Positions 24,301 through 36,257 of a stretch of 64,000 bases of DNA are shown one piece after another. Each line of letters starts with the position of its first letter. The stretch's first letter is position 1. The position numbers and the translations under genes are program-made. The DNA lies in the NCBI GenBank assembly GCA_002269645.1, contig NIVC01000020.1:1178001-1242000 (forward strand), read 5' to 3'. The DNA is from Macrostomum lignano. Lineage: Eukaryota. The notes below the pieces were generated by a model that saw only the letters and a program-made list of their open reading frames with translations, was not told the DNA's origin and ran no database searches.

Positions 24301-27300
24301 ATGGATTCCTTACACCGCTGTCACATGTGCGAGAAAACATGTGATACAGCTGCGCGTTTGACTGAGCATTTTAACGATGAGCACAACATTTCCCAATCGG
24401 TACCTGGCAAAGAAATGTCAGCGCGAATGGTGAGAAAGGTTCCTTCTAAAGCGAATTTACAAGATCGCGAAGGGGTTGGTCAAGCTTCAAGAACGAACGT
24501 CTCTGCTAATATTGAAGACGCGGATCAACCAAGTGCTGATTCTACTATCTGTCTCGAGTGCAACGCTTTTCTACGCGAGGAGCAAGATGCTGAACAGCAC
24601 TTCATGCGCTTTCATTCGGAGCTTTATGCTGCTTTTAAAGAAGGTTTTCTCGGCGACTCTATTGCTTTTACTTCTCTGACGAAAGAAAAAATTGCTGATT
24701 TTTATTCAAAAAGATGTTCCCGTCAATGCGTTCACGAGTCACCGTTTTCTACGCCTCTAGACGGAAGAGGGGGCGCCGCTGCAGATCTGCACCATCAACC
24801 GCCCATTGAGGACGCGTTTGACGATCGACTGCAAATAAAGCAGCAACTTGCTCGCGTAGATCGACTGTTTACTAGATTTAGGAGTAGGGGGAAAATATCC
24901 AAGTTGAAAACTCAGTTAGCAAACACTGCTCCCTTCTTTATTAACGAAGACGGAGTGTTTGAATTCAATTCCAACGAAGATCCGTTAGACATTAACTGTC
25001 CATTCTGCATTACACACAAGACAACGATTAAAGGTCTTGCAAAGCATTGTGTCAATCATCACGCACATGGTTTCGCGGATTGGAAGAGCGGCAAATACGG
25101 CCAGATCCAACTTCGCTTCGTACCCCCTGACTCTGACGTCGCCGTTTCAGTCCTTCAAGCTCTTGATGGGGCTATGCTACTTAAAGAAATTCCGCGCGGT
25201 GTTTCCTCGAGTTCGCTGTCAACCGAAAAGCAGTTAAGATGCTTTCCTCAAATTTTAGCTCAAAGGATTGATTGGAATATGTCAGTCAAAGCAGAAGCCG
25301 ACAAAACTCACGGGGTAATTCCCTCTTCGTCACTTCCGTGTCCTATTTGTGGTAAGCAAATCAGTGCCGAAGGAATAACAAACCACTGCTCAATTTACCA
25401 TCTAAAAGAGTACAATGACTGGAAAGAAGGAAAGTATGGTCGAGTCTCACTTTTCTCATTGAACTCTGTACTTTTCAAGAGTCCAAGCTCTGTACATCAA
25501 AGTTTTACTAAGCCAAAGTCCTTCATTCGTCGAGAATCGAAGAAACCCGTCTTTGTTTCTACAGCGGGTCGCAAGAAAGAGGCCACACGAGTACCGTGTC
25601 CTTTTTGTGGCGAGCGTATTTTTTCGAAGGGCATGGGAAAGCATTGCATCTACTTTCATAAAAAGCAGTACCGTGAGTGGAAAGCTGGGAAGTACGGCAG
25701 CGTTCCGTTACGTTTCATTCCCCTCCAGATTAGTTTCGAGTCTGCAGAAGCTGATCAGCATGATGAACCGTCAGAGGTCGGCAGAATTATTGACGCTCCA
25801 GCATCTGAGCTCACCTCATCATCAGTTTTAATGAATCGATCAATGGATGCTACCGGTACCGAATTGCAATTGGCTGAATCGCATCAGAAAAAATTTTCTT
25901 TCGATGGCTCTGTTTGTTACGCTGCAAGTCAAAAAGTTCTCTTTGACTCCGCTAAATCCGATTCCACTGAACTAAGAAAAAGTTTTTGTGTTTGTCATCT
26001 CTGCGATGGAGCCTTTGATACAACTGCCAAGCTGATAGAACACTTTGTAATTGATCATTTTGACTGTGATGAGCTACGTAAGTTGTTTATTATGCGAGTT
26101 GTATTCCACGAGCAACGATCCATGAACGGGTCTTTAGAGCCTTCAGGTGCTGGGTTTGGTATCTGTCACTATGTTTGCGATATGTGCCACACCCACTTCA
26201 TGACATGGCTCAGTCTCGGACAACATTATCGCTATCACATGCTTGAATTGTCCCAGAATGCATTCTCAACGTTTGACAATTGTGCTCCTGGCGGATATAC
26301 CCAGACTGATGTTAGTAAATTCAGTGCTTTCGCTCATCCTCGTCACAAATCTATAGAAAGCGACGCAGCAAAGAGCACATCGAGTAGTGATTCGAGCCAT
26401 CAGATTGCGCATACTGACACCCAAAACTTTTTGCTGGATGTCCCAAGAAGAACCAGCAATGCCGAAGGATCCTATAGCCTTCTGAATGGTAGTGCACTCG
26501 TCGGCGAGTCGCGGGCGAATCCCGTTCCAGCTTCATCCAAATGTAATTGGAAATGGAATAGGCCGGCAGTCGAATTAAATTTCAGCACTTCCACTGTTTT
26601 GAGCGGCTTGGAACAAGTATTGAATTCTATAAATAAAACAAGATCTATGCACAATTACCAGGCCTTAATTGATGCGACTGATTTGCGAAATTACGAGGCT
26701 CCACGCGATCTAAACTTCCCTGATCCCACAAAGGAGTGGTTTCCCTGTTGCTATTGTGCCATGCGATTTCAAGACGAGAGTGTCGCAAAAGCCCACATGT
26801 TGAGCTGTGGACATTTTTTCGCCTCTAAGCATCAAGAAACAACAAAAAGTTTCCTACAAGATAGAGATGATTTCGATAATTATGAACGATTTAAGGTGAG
26901 CTGAATGACATACTGTACTAAACGAGTTATTCCTATTTTGTGCAACATTTATCGTATTAAAAATATTCTATAATTTTAGGAATTGAATGAACGGCGAGAA
27001 GTCGTTTACAGGTGCAAGTTCTGCATGAGCACATTTAGCAACCGCCCTCTTATTGCCAACCATATGAAGTTCTGCAAGACTTCATCGCATGCAGTTTCTT
27101 ATAATAAGTGCTTTATGTGTGGTCAGCATTTCAATTTCAAGGAGTCTCTTCTCGCGCATATTTCGGAGTTCCATGCCACCCAAAGTCGGCACCAGTCGAG
27201 CCGCTACGCTCCTGTGTCGGACGCTTCAGCTGAACGGCAACAAAAGTTTCAATGTGGAATGTGTGGCAAAGAGTTTTCATCACAAGCCAACCTTCTGAAG

Positions 27301-27768
27301 CACAATGTAGTCCACACCAGTGCTCGAGTCAGTTGCCAAAACTGTGGTCGTGAGTTTAAGATGCCGTGTCACCTTGCTCGCCACTATTGTTTAGCAGACC
27401 CAGCTGAGACAAGATGCCATCCAACCTCCGCTGGTGACGAACAAGTTGCGGCAATGCTGCTTGACGACGATGAGCCACTGCACGAGTGTGACTTTTGTAA
27501 CGCCGTGTTCCGTAAGCCTGAGGACCTGCGCGTTCACAGTATTCGATGTCGTCAACGCGGCCGCGAGACCGTTGGCGACCGTGTCAATCTTGTGCACACC
27601 GGCTTGGGGCTTCAGGCTGTCGCAGCACTCAAGTTTTGCTGCGACCAGTGTCCCATGCAGTTTAATACTCGGAACAGTCTACTCTTACATCAACGTGCCC
27701 ACACGAAACTGCCATGTACGCATGGAACCGTCACTTCCTCGGTTGGTGATGGCGCTGGAAATCGCTAG
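24301..27768 (+). CDS. Multi-C2H2 zinc-finger protein (1127 aa); exons 24301-26895, 26980-27768
   Basis: Long ORFs with scattered Cx2Cx12Hx3-4H motifs, joined in phase by an 84-nt GT-AG intron (AAG|gtgagc ... ttttag|GAA). Confidence 0.85.
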
Positions 27769-28649
27769 TGCTGGTAGTGTGGAAACTTTTTATTTTTGGA
27801 AGCAAACGTTTGTCGGTTCAGCCTAATTGCTCTTATTGCGTATTGTTTTCGAGTCCTGCAACACCAAGTTTTCATAGATATTTTATGAATAACCTGTAAT
27901 TTCGTCGGATTCAGCTTGCTCTTGTCCCTGGATCTCGTTGCACTCACATGATTTGCTTTCTTTTCATGCTTAGCACGCTTGTGATTAGCATTTTTTCTAA
28001 TATAATTATTTTCACAATTTTCTGATGGCTCTGCAATCATTTTAAACTTAATTTATCTTCTATTCTATTGCTATTCGGATCGTGTTGGACTACTCTCTCC
28101 CATTGTGTATGAGGCACTTTGAATGGCAGGACATACTAGTAACTCACAAGTAAGACATAAAAAATATTTAAATTCTAAAAGTTGTATCGATTCGCAATTT
28201 AAAATACCCATTTTAATTCGTATGCTCACTGCCGTTCAGACAGAGTCTTGTCACAATGGACATATTTATTCACTATCTGTATTTATTCTGCGGTTATTTG
28301 CAGTCTGATATCTTAAAAGAGACGCAAAACTATTTGATTTAAGGCGGTCTTCAATTTTATTACGTGTCTGCTGCTTTCTCTGGAGTAAATGCGGATGTTT
28401 ATGTAGCTACTGACAGTAGAGATAATTTCACAGTGCGACTAAGCAGTAAAATGTTCAATTACTAGACTACCATGGTCTTGACTGGCTGAGCCAAGAAATG
28501 AGATTTGGTGTATAATTTCCACCATAACTCAAAGTTCCAATATGACTTAATAAGCTGACAATTTGATTCTTGTTTTATCTAGTTAGGAAAATAAAGCATG
28601 GGTTTGTTTAAACCAATTGATTTGCTATGATGTATCGAATTTGCAGTCA

Positions 28650-29906
28650 ATGCTGGCGCACTTCGCGCTGCTGATCCTGCTCCTGCAGCAGGCAGCTGCT
28701 GACAGCCTGTACGATCCGTACGGGCTTAACAAGGCCGAGACTGAGCAGCAACCGTTGGCTCAGCCTGAGTCAGAGTCGCGGGCAGCTCAGGCTGCAGCCT
28801 ACCGCACCTACTACCTCATTCTGGTGCGCCGGCTCCATCGGATTGTTTCTCGCCAGTTTGAGTCGCTGGATCCGCCAGACGATGCCAAAGTGCCGCTTGG
28901 CCTCGGCAGCGGCTGGATGCTCGATGGTGCCAGTCTGCGCGGTTTGAAGGCAGCTGCCGAACTTGACGAGCCCGGCGTTGAGCAACTGCAAGACGCGAAC
29001 GACCTGCTTCTGGCACTGTTTGGCAACCTGCAGCCTGCGAGTGAAGCCGGCAGCAGCCATCAATGGTGGCGCCTGTTTGACTCGGATTGGCTGGTGCTCG
29101 CAATTGTGGCATTCTGTGGGGTTGCGGCATTCTGCTGGATTGTGTTGCGCCGTGTTAGCGCCTGGCAGCTGTTTGCCGCAATGTTTATCTCCAGCTGGGT
29201 GGTGAACTATATCCGGTTGTACCGGCTGGAGCTGGCTCAGCGACAGCATGCGGTGACCAGTCTCCATTGTCGGCCCGCGGGACAAACTCTGAGCATCTTT
29301 GAGTCCATCAGCCTGTGGTTCACCGGCACAATGCGCGTCGCTCCGCCCAAAAACGACTGCCTGAAGCAGTTAGAAGCGCTGGCAGTTGATCCCTTTTGGG
29401 ATGTCAATCCGCTGGAGGCGGCAATCGACCTGCTAGGAAACATCGTATTGAACCGGCTGGTGCAGCTGATGCAGGCGGTAAATCTGGGCTACCGACACCT
29501 GATTGAGGGCCTGCCAATCTGGCACTCTGTCGGCATCACCTTCATCTTGCTCTTCTTGCCCACGCTTTTCTTGCTGCTGCGCTCTGGCTACGGCCTCCGC
29601 CTTATGTACGGCCTCCTTCACGTGGGTCCGGACGCGAACCGATTGCACGCGGAGCGCCTGGACACATTGGAGAGGGAGAATCGGCGCCTCCTCGAACTTG
29701 TCCACGCGGCGCCGCAGCCGACACCTGCTCGGGCGCTGCAGCGATCGGCGTCCATCGCCGTCAGCCAGCGGCAGCGTCCAGACGACCGGGGAGACGGCCC
29801 GGCAGCGGCGCCCGCAGTATTGGCAAGGACGCCGCCGCTGCGGATGCGCGCATCGCGGTCGGAGTGCAACATCTCGGTGGCCGCGTCGGTCGGTGACGAT
29901 CAATGA
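28650..29906 (+). CDS. CLCC1: Chloride channel CLIC-like 1 (CLCC1/MCLC) family ER membrane protein (418 aa), intronless
   Basis: Signal peptide, then TM segments with FISSWVVNYIRLYRLELAQRQ and C...EALAVDPFWDVNPLEA..., resembling CLCC1 (FLISF.WNW..LYK.A.A..Q; C..YYE..LVNP.W.V.P..A). Confidence 0.75.
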   Translation: MLAHFALLILLLQQAAADSLYDPYGLNKAETEQQPLAQPESESRAAQAAAYRTYYLILVRRLHRIVSRQFESLDPPDDAKVPLGLGSGWMLDGASLRGLKAAAELDEPGVEQLQDANDLLLALFGNLQPASEAGSSHQWWRLFDSDWLVLAIVAFCGVAAFCWIVLRRVSAWQLFAAMFISSWVVNYIRLYRLELAQRQHAVTSLHCRPAGQTLSIFESISLWFTGTMRVAPPKNDCLKQLEALAVDPFWDVNPLEAAIDLLGNIVLNRLVQLMQAVNLGYRHLIEGLPIWHSVGITFILLFLPTLFLLLRSGYGLRLMYGLLHVGPDANRLHAERLDTLERENRRLLELVHAAPQPTPARALQRSASIAVSQRQRPDDRGDGPAAAPAVLARTPPLRMRASRSECNISVAASVGDDQ

Positions 29907-30502
29907 CCAGAGTTTGCTCGCTGCCTTAGCGATTAGCTGTGGGATGTTCCCATGCACCCGCCGCTGCTTTTCTGAAGATAGTCGAAGTAGCTCACCTACG
30001 GATATTGGTTTTTGAAAAGCTGGAGTCTTAAAGATTCAGCTTAATTCCTCTATTTTCCTCTATTCCTCTAAAGCTTGAGCTCAGTTGTGGGCCAAGCAGT
30101 GATGCCCGATTGAGCCTTGAATTGGAGTTGTTTTTGAGTCTGTTCTGGTTCATCCTGGCCTCGTTTTCGCACGCTCTTTAAGCGCCACTCTCGTGAATCG
30201 CCCTCTGTGAAACCCGTGAATAATGATTACTCTATTTTCCTCTCGGCAGCAAACTTGCTTCGAAATTCTATATATTTTATTATTGAGCTAAATACAGTTC
30301 ACAGTTCGCTGCTGGCCTTATATTCCGAATTCGTATGTTTTTATATTCCTGGCTATAATGTCCAATCACTTTTTGCCTTTCTGCTTTGAAAATCAAGTTA
30401 GTGACTGCAGTGGAATTAGAGTTGCATTTTCTGGCTCTCACTCTAGCTGACAGGCCTTGCACTCAATGACTCTCGCAACCCGGCTTGTCCCGCTGCCGCC
30501 GC

Positions 30503-32537
30503 ATGGGCAAGCACAGAACTGACTCCCAGCAGCAGCAGGACGCTTCGCCTGACAGAGCCGCATCCAGTCGCAGCAGCAAGCGAAAGAAAGACAAGTCCAA
30601 AAAGAAGGAGAAGAAGTCCAAGAGCTCCAAGCGCGAGGGCCGGCGGGACCGCAGCCCCTCCGAGCGGAAGCGGCGCCACCGCCGTTCGTCCTCGAAGTCG
30701 GCATCCCCGGCGCCAGATTCGCTGAAGCGGCAGCAACGCAAGCGCGCCCGCAGCAGCAGCGACAGCCCCCTCGGCCAGCGTCACCGGGAAGGAAACTCGC
30801 GCGACCGGCCGCGGCCCGCCATGCCCAGCACCGGCCGCGGGGAGCGGGCCCGATCGCCCAGCCTCGCCTCCCAGATCCCCCTGCCAGCTGGGCCGCCGCC
30901 CGCCCAACAGCCGTCAACTGCTCAGGCGCCACCGCCGCCAACACCGCCACCGCCTCCCCCACCAGCGACATCGGCGTCCGTGACGGCAGCGGCGAGTCCC
31001 TTCGGTGCGCCTGCGCCTCAGCAATTTCAGCTGAATCCGTCGGCCGCTGACTTTGTTCCGCAGCTTGCCGCCTTCAACAGCCCGCCGCCTCAGCAGGCCT
31101 TCCTGTCGCCACCTCCCGCCCGCTTCTGCGCTCCGGCTCTGTCAACGCCGACCATTCTGTCGCCGCCGCTTGTCGCCATGAACTTTTCCGTGCCGCCGCC
31201 GCCGGTGTCCATCGCTGGCAAGGAAGGCGACGGCGGCAGCCGCGGCGGCAACAGCGCAGCGGTCGGGACCCTCGGCGACCGCAGCTCTGACGCGGAGCAG
31301 CCCGCTGACCTGCCAGACGAATTCTTGCAGCTCGGCGGCAACCTGCTGCTCAGCAAGCACTATCACGAGCCCGACTCCAGCATCTCCTATTTCCCCAACT
31401 TCCTGTCCAAGCCCGAGGCTGACAATCTGTTCCAGGTGCTGCTGAACGAGCTGGAGTGGCGCCAGAGAGACACCCTGGTGCGCGGCGAGTACCACAGGGA
31501 GCCCCGGCTCACCTGCTGGTTCGGCGTCCCCTACACCTACTCGGGTGTAGAGCTGCAGGCCAATCACGTGTGGCACCCCCTGCTCGCCGACCTCAAGGAC
31601 CGGCTGGTGCACAATCTGGATGCGAGCTTCAACTCTCTGCTGTGCAACCTGTACAGGTAACTGCTTCATCAGCATCCTGTAACTCAGCGGGATCAGCATC
31701 CCGTGACCCAGTGGGATGAGCATCCCGTGACCCAGTGGGATGAGCATCCCGTGACCCAGTGGGATCAGCAACCCGTGATCCAGTGGGATCAGCATCCCGT
31801 GACCCAGTGGGATCAGCAACCCGTGACCCAGTGGGATCAGCATCCCGTGACCCAGTGGGATCAGCATCCCGTGACCCAGTGGGATCAGGATCCCGTGATC
31901 CAGTGGGATCAGCATCCCGTGACCCAGTGGGATCAGCAACCCGTGACCCAGTGGGATCAGCATCCTGTGACCCAGTGGGATCAGCATCCTGTGACCCAGT
32001 GGGATCAGGATCCCGTGACCCAGTGGGATCAGGATCCCGTGACCCAGTGGGATCAGCATCCTGTGACCCAGTGGGATCAGGATCCCGTGACCCAGTGGGA
32101 TCAGGATCCCGTGATCCAGTGGGATCAGGATCCCGTGATCCAGTGGGATCAGGATCCCGTGATCAGCACTGGGTCAGCATCCCGTGACCCAGTGGGATCA
32201 GCATCCCGAGCCCGCTCCCCACAGGTCGGGCAGAGACTCGATCGGCTGGCACGCGGACGATGAGAAGTCGCTAGGCCGGTACCCCCTGATCGCCTCCATC
32301 TCCCTGGGCTACGAGCGCCAGTTCGAGGTGAAAACGAAGCGAATTCAGCCGAAATTCCGCGAGCTGAACGAATGGGGCCGCCACCTGCGGCTGCCGCTGC
32401 GGCACGGCTCGCTGCTGGTGATGCGGGGTGCCATGCAGGTGCACTGGCTGCACTCGGTGCCCAAGGACCAGCTGGCCTTCAACAGCCCCACCGCCTCTCG
32501 CATCAACCTCACCTTCCGCTACACGCACCCGGACTGA
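30503..32537 (+). CDS. ALKBH3: ALKBH3/ALKBH2-like 2OG-Fe(II) dioxygenase (488 aa) with a long K/RS-rich, Pro-rich, PAM2-containing N-terminus; exons 30503-31656, 32225-32537
   Basis: EPRLTCWFG, FNSLLCNLYR|SGRDSIGWHADDE (HxD), IASISLG..RQF, LRHGSLLVM.G..Q..WLHSVPK and RINLTFR; phase-2 intron joins correctly (1467 nt). Confidence 0.9.
31657..32208. repeat. 24-bp tandem array (GGGATCAGCATCCCGTGACCCAGT, ~22 copies) filling the ALKBH3 intron
   Basis: Direct repeats run from the donor to ~16 nt before the acceptor at 32224. Confidence 0.95.
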
Positions 32538-33189
32538 GTGACTCGCTCATGTGCAGAACAGTTAGTTCCCCTGTTGCTATCGCCTCCAGCTGTGTGCCTG
32601 CAAATGCCATGCCAGCCCCTTTCCGGCCCATAATGGCCGCTTATCAGATTACACTTCTCTGGAACTTGAGAGTCAAGGCATTTCTATATTTTAGCCCCTA
32701 ATTCTCCCTACTGGAAGTAGGCGGAACGCATATTGCAGTTAATTTTTATTTGGACTTAAATCTCGGGAAAACTTGTTTTACACATAAAATTGTTTTATCC
32801 GCAGCGTCTTATACACGACACAATCAAGGCATTTCTGATTTAGCGTGGGGAGATCTAGCTAGATTTTTGAGAACATTACCTATTATCACCTGTGCAGACT
32901 TGTCCAGCTTGTACATTTCATAATATTTATGTATACTGTACAAATGCATGTTCCTTTTTCTGATTAAATTAACTCATTGCTTTAGCCTGCACCCTCTTGG
33001 TGTCATTTTTGCTTGTCGCCTCTCTATATTCAGATATCATTCATTACATATTAACTAGTATTTGTGTCTGTGTACTCCTTGCACCTGCGCATTAGCCTTG
33101 GCTACCAGCTTCTCCCAGAGCCAATGCTCAATTTGTTGCTTCGTGATTAAAATTTCTGTGGACTTCTCGAGCCCGAGGTTTTGATTGGC

Positions 33190-34470
33190 GTGAGTCTGTC
33201 TGCCTGTGCTGTTGCACCTGACTGCTTGTGAGTCTGCCTGCCCGTGCTGTTGCACCTGACTGCTTGTGAGTCTGTCTGCCTGTGCTGTTGCACCTGACTG
33301 CTTGTGAGTCTGTCTGCCCGTGCTGTTGCACCTGACTGCTTGTGAGTCTGTCTGCCCGTGCTGTTGCACCTGACTGCTTGTGAGTCTGTCTGTGCTGTTG
33401 CACCTGACTGCTTGTGAGTCTGTCTGTGCTGTTGCACCTGACTGCTTGTGAGTCTGTCTGTGCTGTTGCACCTGACTGCTTGTGAGTCTGCCCGTGCTGT
33501 TGCACCTGACTGCTTGTGAGTCTGCCTGTGCTGTTGCACCTGACTGCTTGTGAGTCTGCCCGTGCTGTTGCACCTGACTGCTTGTGAGTCTGTCTGCCCG
33601 TGCTGTTGCACCTGACTGCTTGTGAGTCTGCCTGCCTGTGCTGTTGCACCTGACTGCTTGTGAGTCTGTCTGCCTGTGCTGTTGCACCTGACTGCTTGTG
33701 AGTCTGCCCGTGCTGTTGCACCTGACTGCTTGTGAGTCTGTCTGTGCTGTTGCACCTGACTGCTTGTGTCTGCCTGTGATGTTGCACCTGACTGCTTGTG
33801 TCTGCCTGTGCTGTTGCACCTGACTGCTTGTGTCTGCCCGTGCTGTTGCACCTGACTGCTTGTGTGTCTGCCCGTGCTGTTGCACCTGACTGCTTGTGAG
33901 TCTGTCTGTGCTGTTGCACCTGACTGCTTGTGTCTGCCTGTGATGTTGCACCTGACTGCTTGTGTCTGCCTGTGATGTTGCACCTGACTGCTTGTGTCTG
34001 CCTGTGCTGTTGCACCTGACTGCTTGAGTCTGCTCGTGCTGTTGCACCTAACTGCTTGTGTCTGCCCGTGCTGTTGCACCTGACTGCTTGTGAGTCTGTC
34101 TGCCCGTGCTGTTGCACCTGACTGCTTGTGAGTCTGTCTGTGCTGTTGCACCTGACTGCTTGTGAGTCTGCCCGTGCTGTTGCACCTGACTGCTTGTGTC
34201 TGCCCGTGCTGTTGCACCTGACTGCTTGTGAGTCTGCCTGTGCTGTTGCACCTGACTGCTTGTGAGTCTGTCTGTGCTGTTGCACCTGACTGCTTGTGAG
34301 TCTGTCTGTGCTGTTGCACCTGACTGCTTGTGAGTCTGTCTGTGCTGTTGCACCTGACTGCTTGTGAGTCTGCCCGTGCTGTTGCACCTGACTGCTTGTG
34401 AGTCTGCCTGTGCTGTTGCACCTGACTGCTTGTGAGTCTGCCTGTGCTGTTGCACCTGACTGCTTGTGAG
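33190..34470. repeat. Modular tandem array: constant core GTGCTGTTGCACCTGACTGCTTGT plus variable GAGTCT/GTCT/GCC[CT] linker (~30-38 bp, ~36 copies)
   Basis: Direct repeats visible; source of the long repetitive minus-strand ORFs 33055-34668. Confidence 0.95.
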
Positions 34471-36257
34471 AGGCACATTCTGAACTGCCTGTTGAACCCG
34501 AATGTCGGTGCAAAGCAGTTTTAATGGTGAGGGAAACAAACAGCCTTTAAATTTATCATAAATTTCAACTGCATTTAAATCTCTGCTGAAGGGCCTTTGA
34601 CGAAAATTCATGCAGCTCAAATTTGCACTGCATTTTGCGTACGCGCCTGACGTATCAGCAGTGGTCAATTATTCACCAATTTTTCATGTTTTTTTGATGA
34701 CGCAGTAAGGTAAATGGGTCTGCATGTCAATTGGTTATTAGCTCGAGTGACTGCCTGAGTGACTGCCTGTGTGAGCTCGAGATCGCCTCCCAGCTGCTTT
34801 ATAAACTGTTTCTCTGATTGCAGCGTCTGCAACTCCAATTTTCCCTTGTGCGTTCTGTCTCGAAATAAACTGGCTAAGCAGTCGCCTGCGGCCTGCCGCT
34901 ATTAGCAAAGCCCTGTATTTATGGTCCCGCTTCATTTTTATAATTGCTTCTTTGCTGTACATGTACATGCTAGCTTATGTGAGTCACAGGATTAACCAGT
35001 GAGTCTTTACAGAGCACATTTCCCAAATTGTGACGATCCGGTACTGACCAGTTGGGCTCGTTCCGTTATTACCGTTTATTCGTTAGTGAAGCAGCTTACT
35101 TTTTGATAACAATTTTGCTTACCAAAGTCATTTTATTTCTCCGTAACAGAATTGTTACAACTAGGGAAATGTTTTTAATAAGTTTTACTAAGAAGCATCA
35201 CGGACTGATTTCCGTGCGGTTCCGATTTGACGGCTGAAAGATGAATGACTCTCTTGCAGTGCTCTTTGTACGGTTTTAATTTTTATATTTTAGTTTATGT
35301 ATAAATCTGTTCTTTATTATGAGAGACGTAAGGCGTATCAGCGTATCAGCAGGAGGTTTTCAATCGAAAAAAGCTGAGAATTAGAGAAATTACCTCATAT
35401 TTGTTTGGATACAATCGATTAAAAGTTGCACACAAGTTTCGGCACAACAGACTTGACATAAAGCTTTTATTTTGAGAGTTTAGTAAGTCTAGGCAAGCAT
35501 TTTGTACTGTCTTACAGTACAGTTCCGGAGCTTCCGGTTAATCGTAGCTGTGCGTCACACGGGCAAGAATTTGAAAGCCCCACCAGCAGTAGCTAGTAGC
35601 CATTCTGCTGCCCGAAGGCCTGTTTGGTGTACAGGTAGCTGGGCCGCTGGTCCCCGGCTTGCAAGTCCTGGCGCAGCTGCTTCGGGCCCCACTTCATCCG
35701 CAGCCAGTTGCTCGGCGCGGTCACGTGCACCGTGAACTCGCGGGAGAATGGGCCCTGATTACGCTGCTGACCCTGTGGAGGAAAGTGCGAGTTTGGGGTT
35801 GTCGAACTTGAGCATGCTGTTGGCTTCTCAGTGATCCAAATGTTTTGCGTATTTTTTCCTTCCCTGCAAAAGCCGCAGTGACCTTAAACGTGTCGGCTCG
35901 TCAACGCCGCGCGATATTGTAGGAACTTGTAGCTATTTTGTAAATTTTACCTCTCAATAATAGCCGTCATTTAAGCTCGTTAAGCTCGTGTGTGTCTGTT
36001 AGGGTTATAAATCATACAGGTGTTTTATAATGCAAGCAAGAGTCAAGTGTACTTTAATAGCACGGCGGGTTCCTGAGGCCTGAGCATACTTCACCCTAAG
36101 CATGCTGTACCTAAGCTTTACGGTTGTGCGTTATAATTGAATTGGTTTGTTTGCATAGAATAGAGTCAACATTAGTTCATCATCTCGGTATGGAGCTGAT
36201 GAGAGATTTTAAAACGTAAAGGTGCTAAAATCAATTTTATGAAAAAAATGGGCAAAC

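Noticed and set aside
31686-32208. CRISPR-like appearance of palindromic repeat arrays (also 33190-34470 and 62035-63120)
   Set aside because: There are no unique spacers and no cas genes; the context is eukaryotic introns. These are minisatellites.
33055-34668. Long minus-strand ORFs (330-461 aa) rich in QAVRCNSTG
   Set aside because: They are translations of a stop-poor tandem repeat, open in several frames at once.
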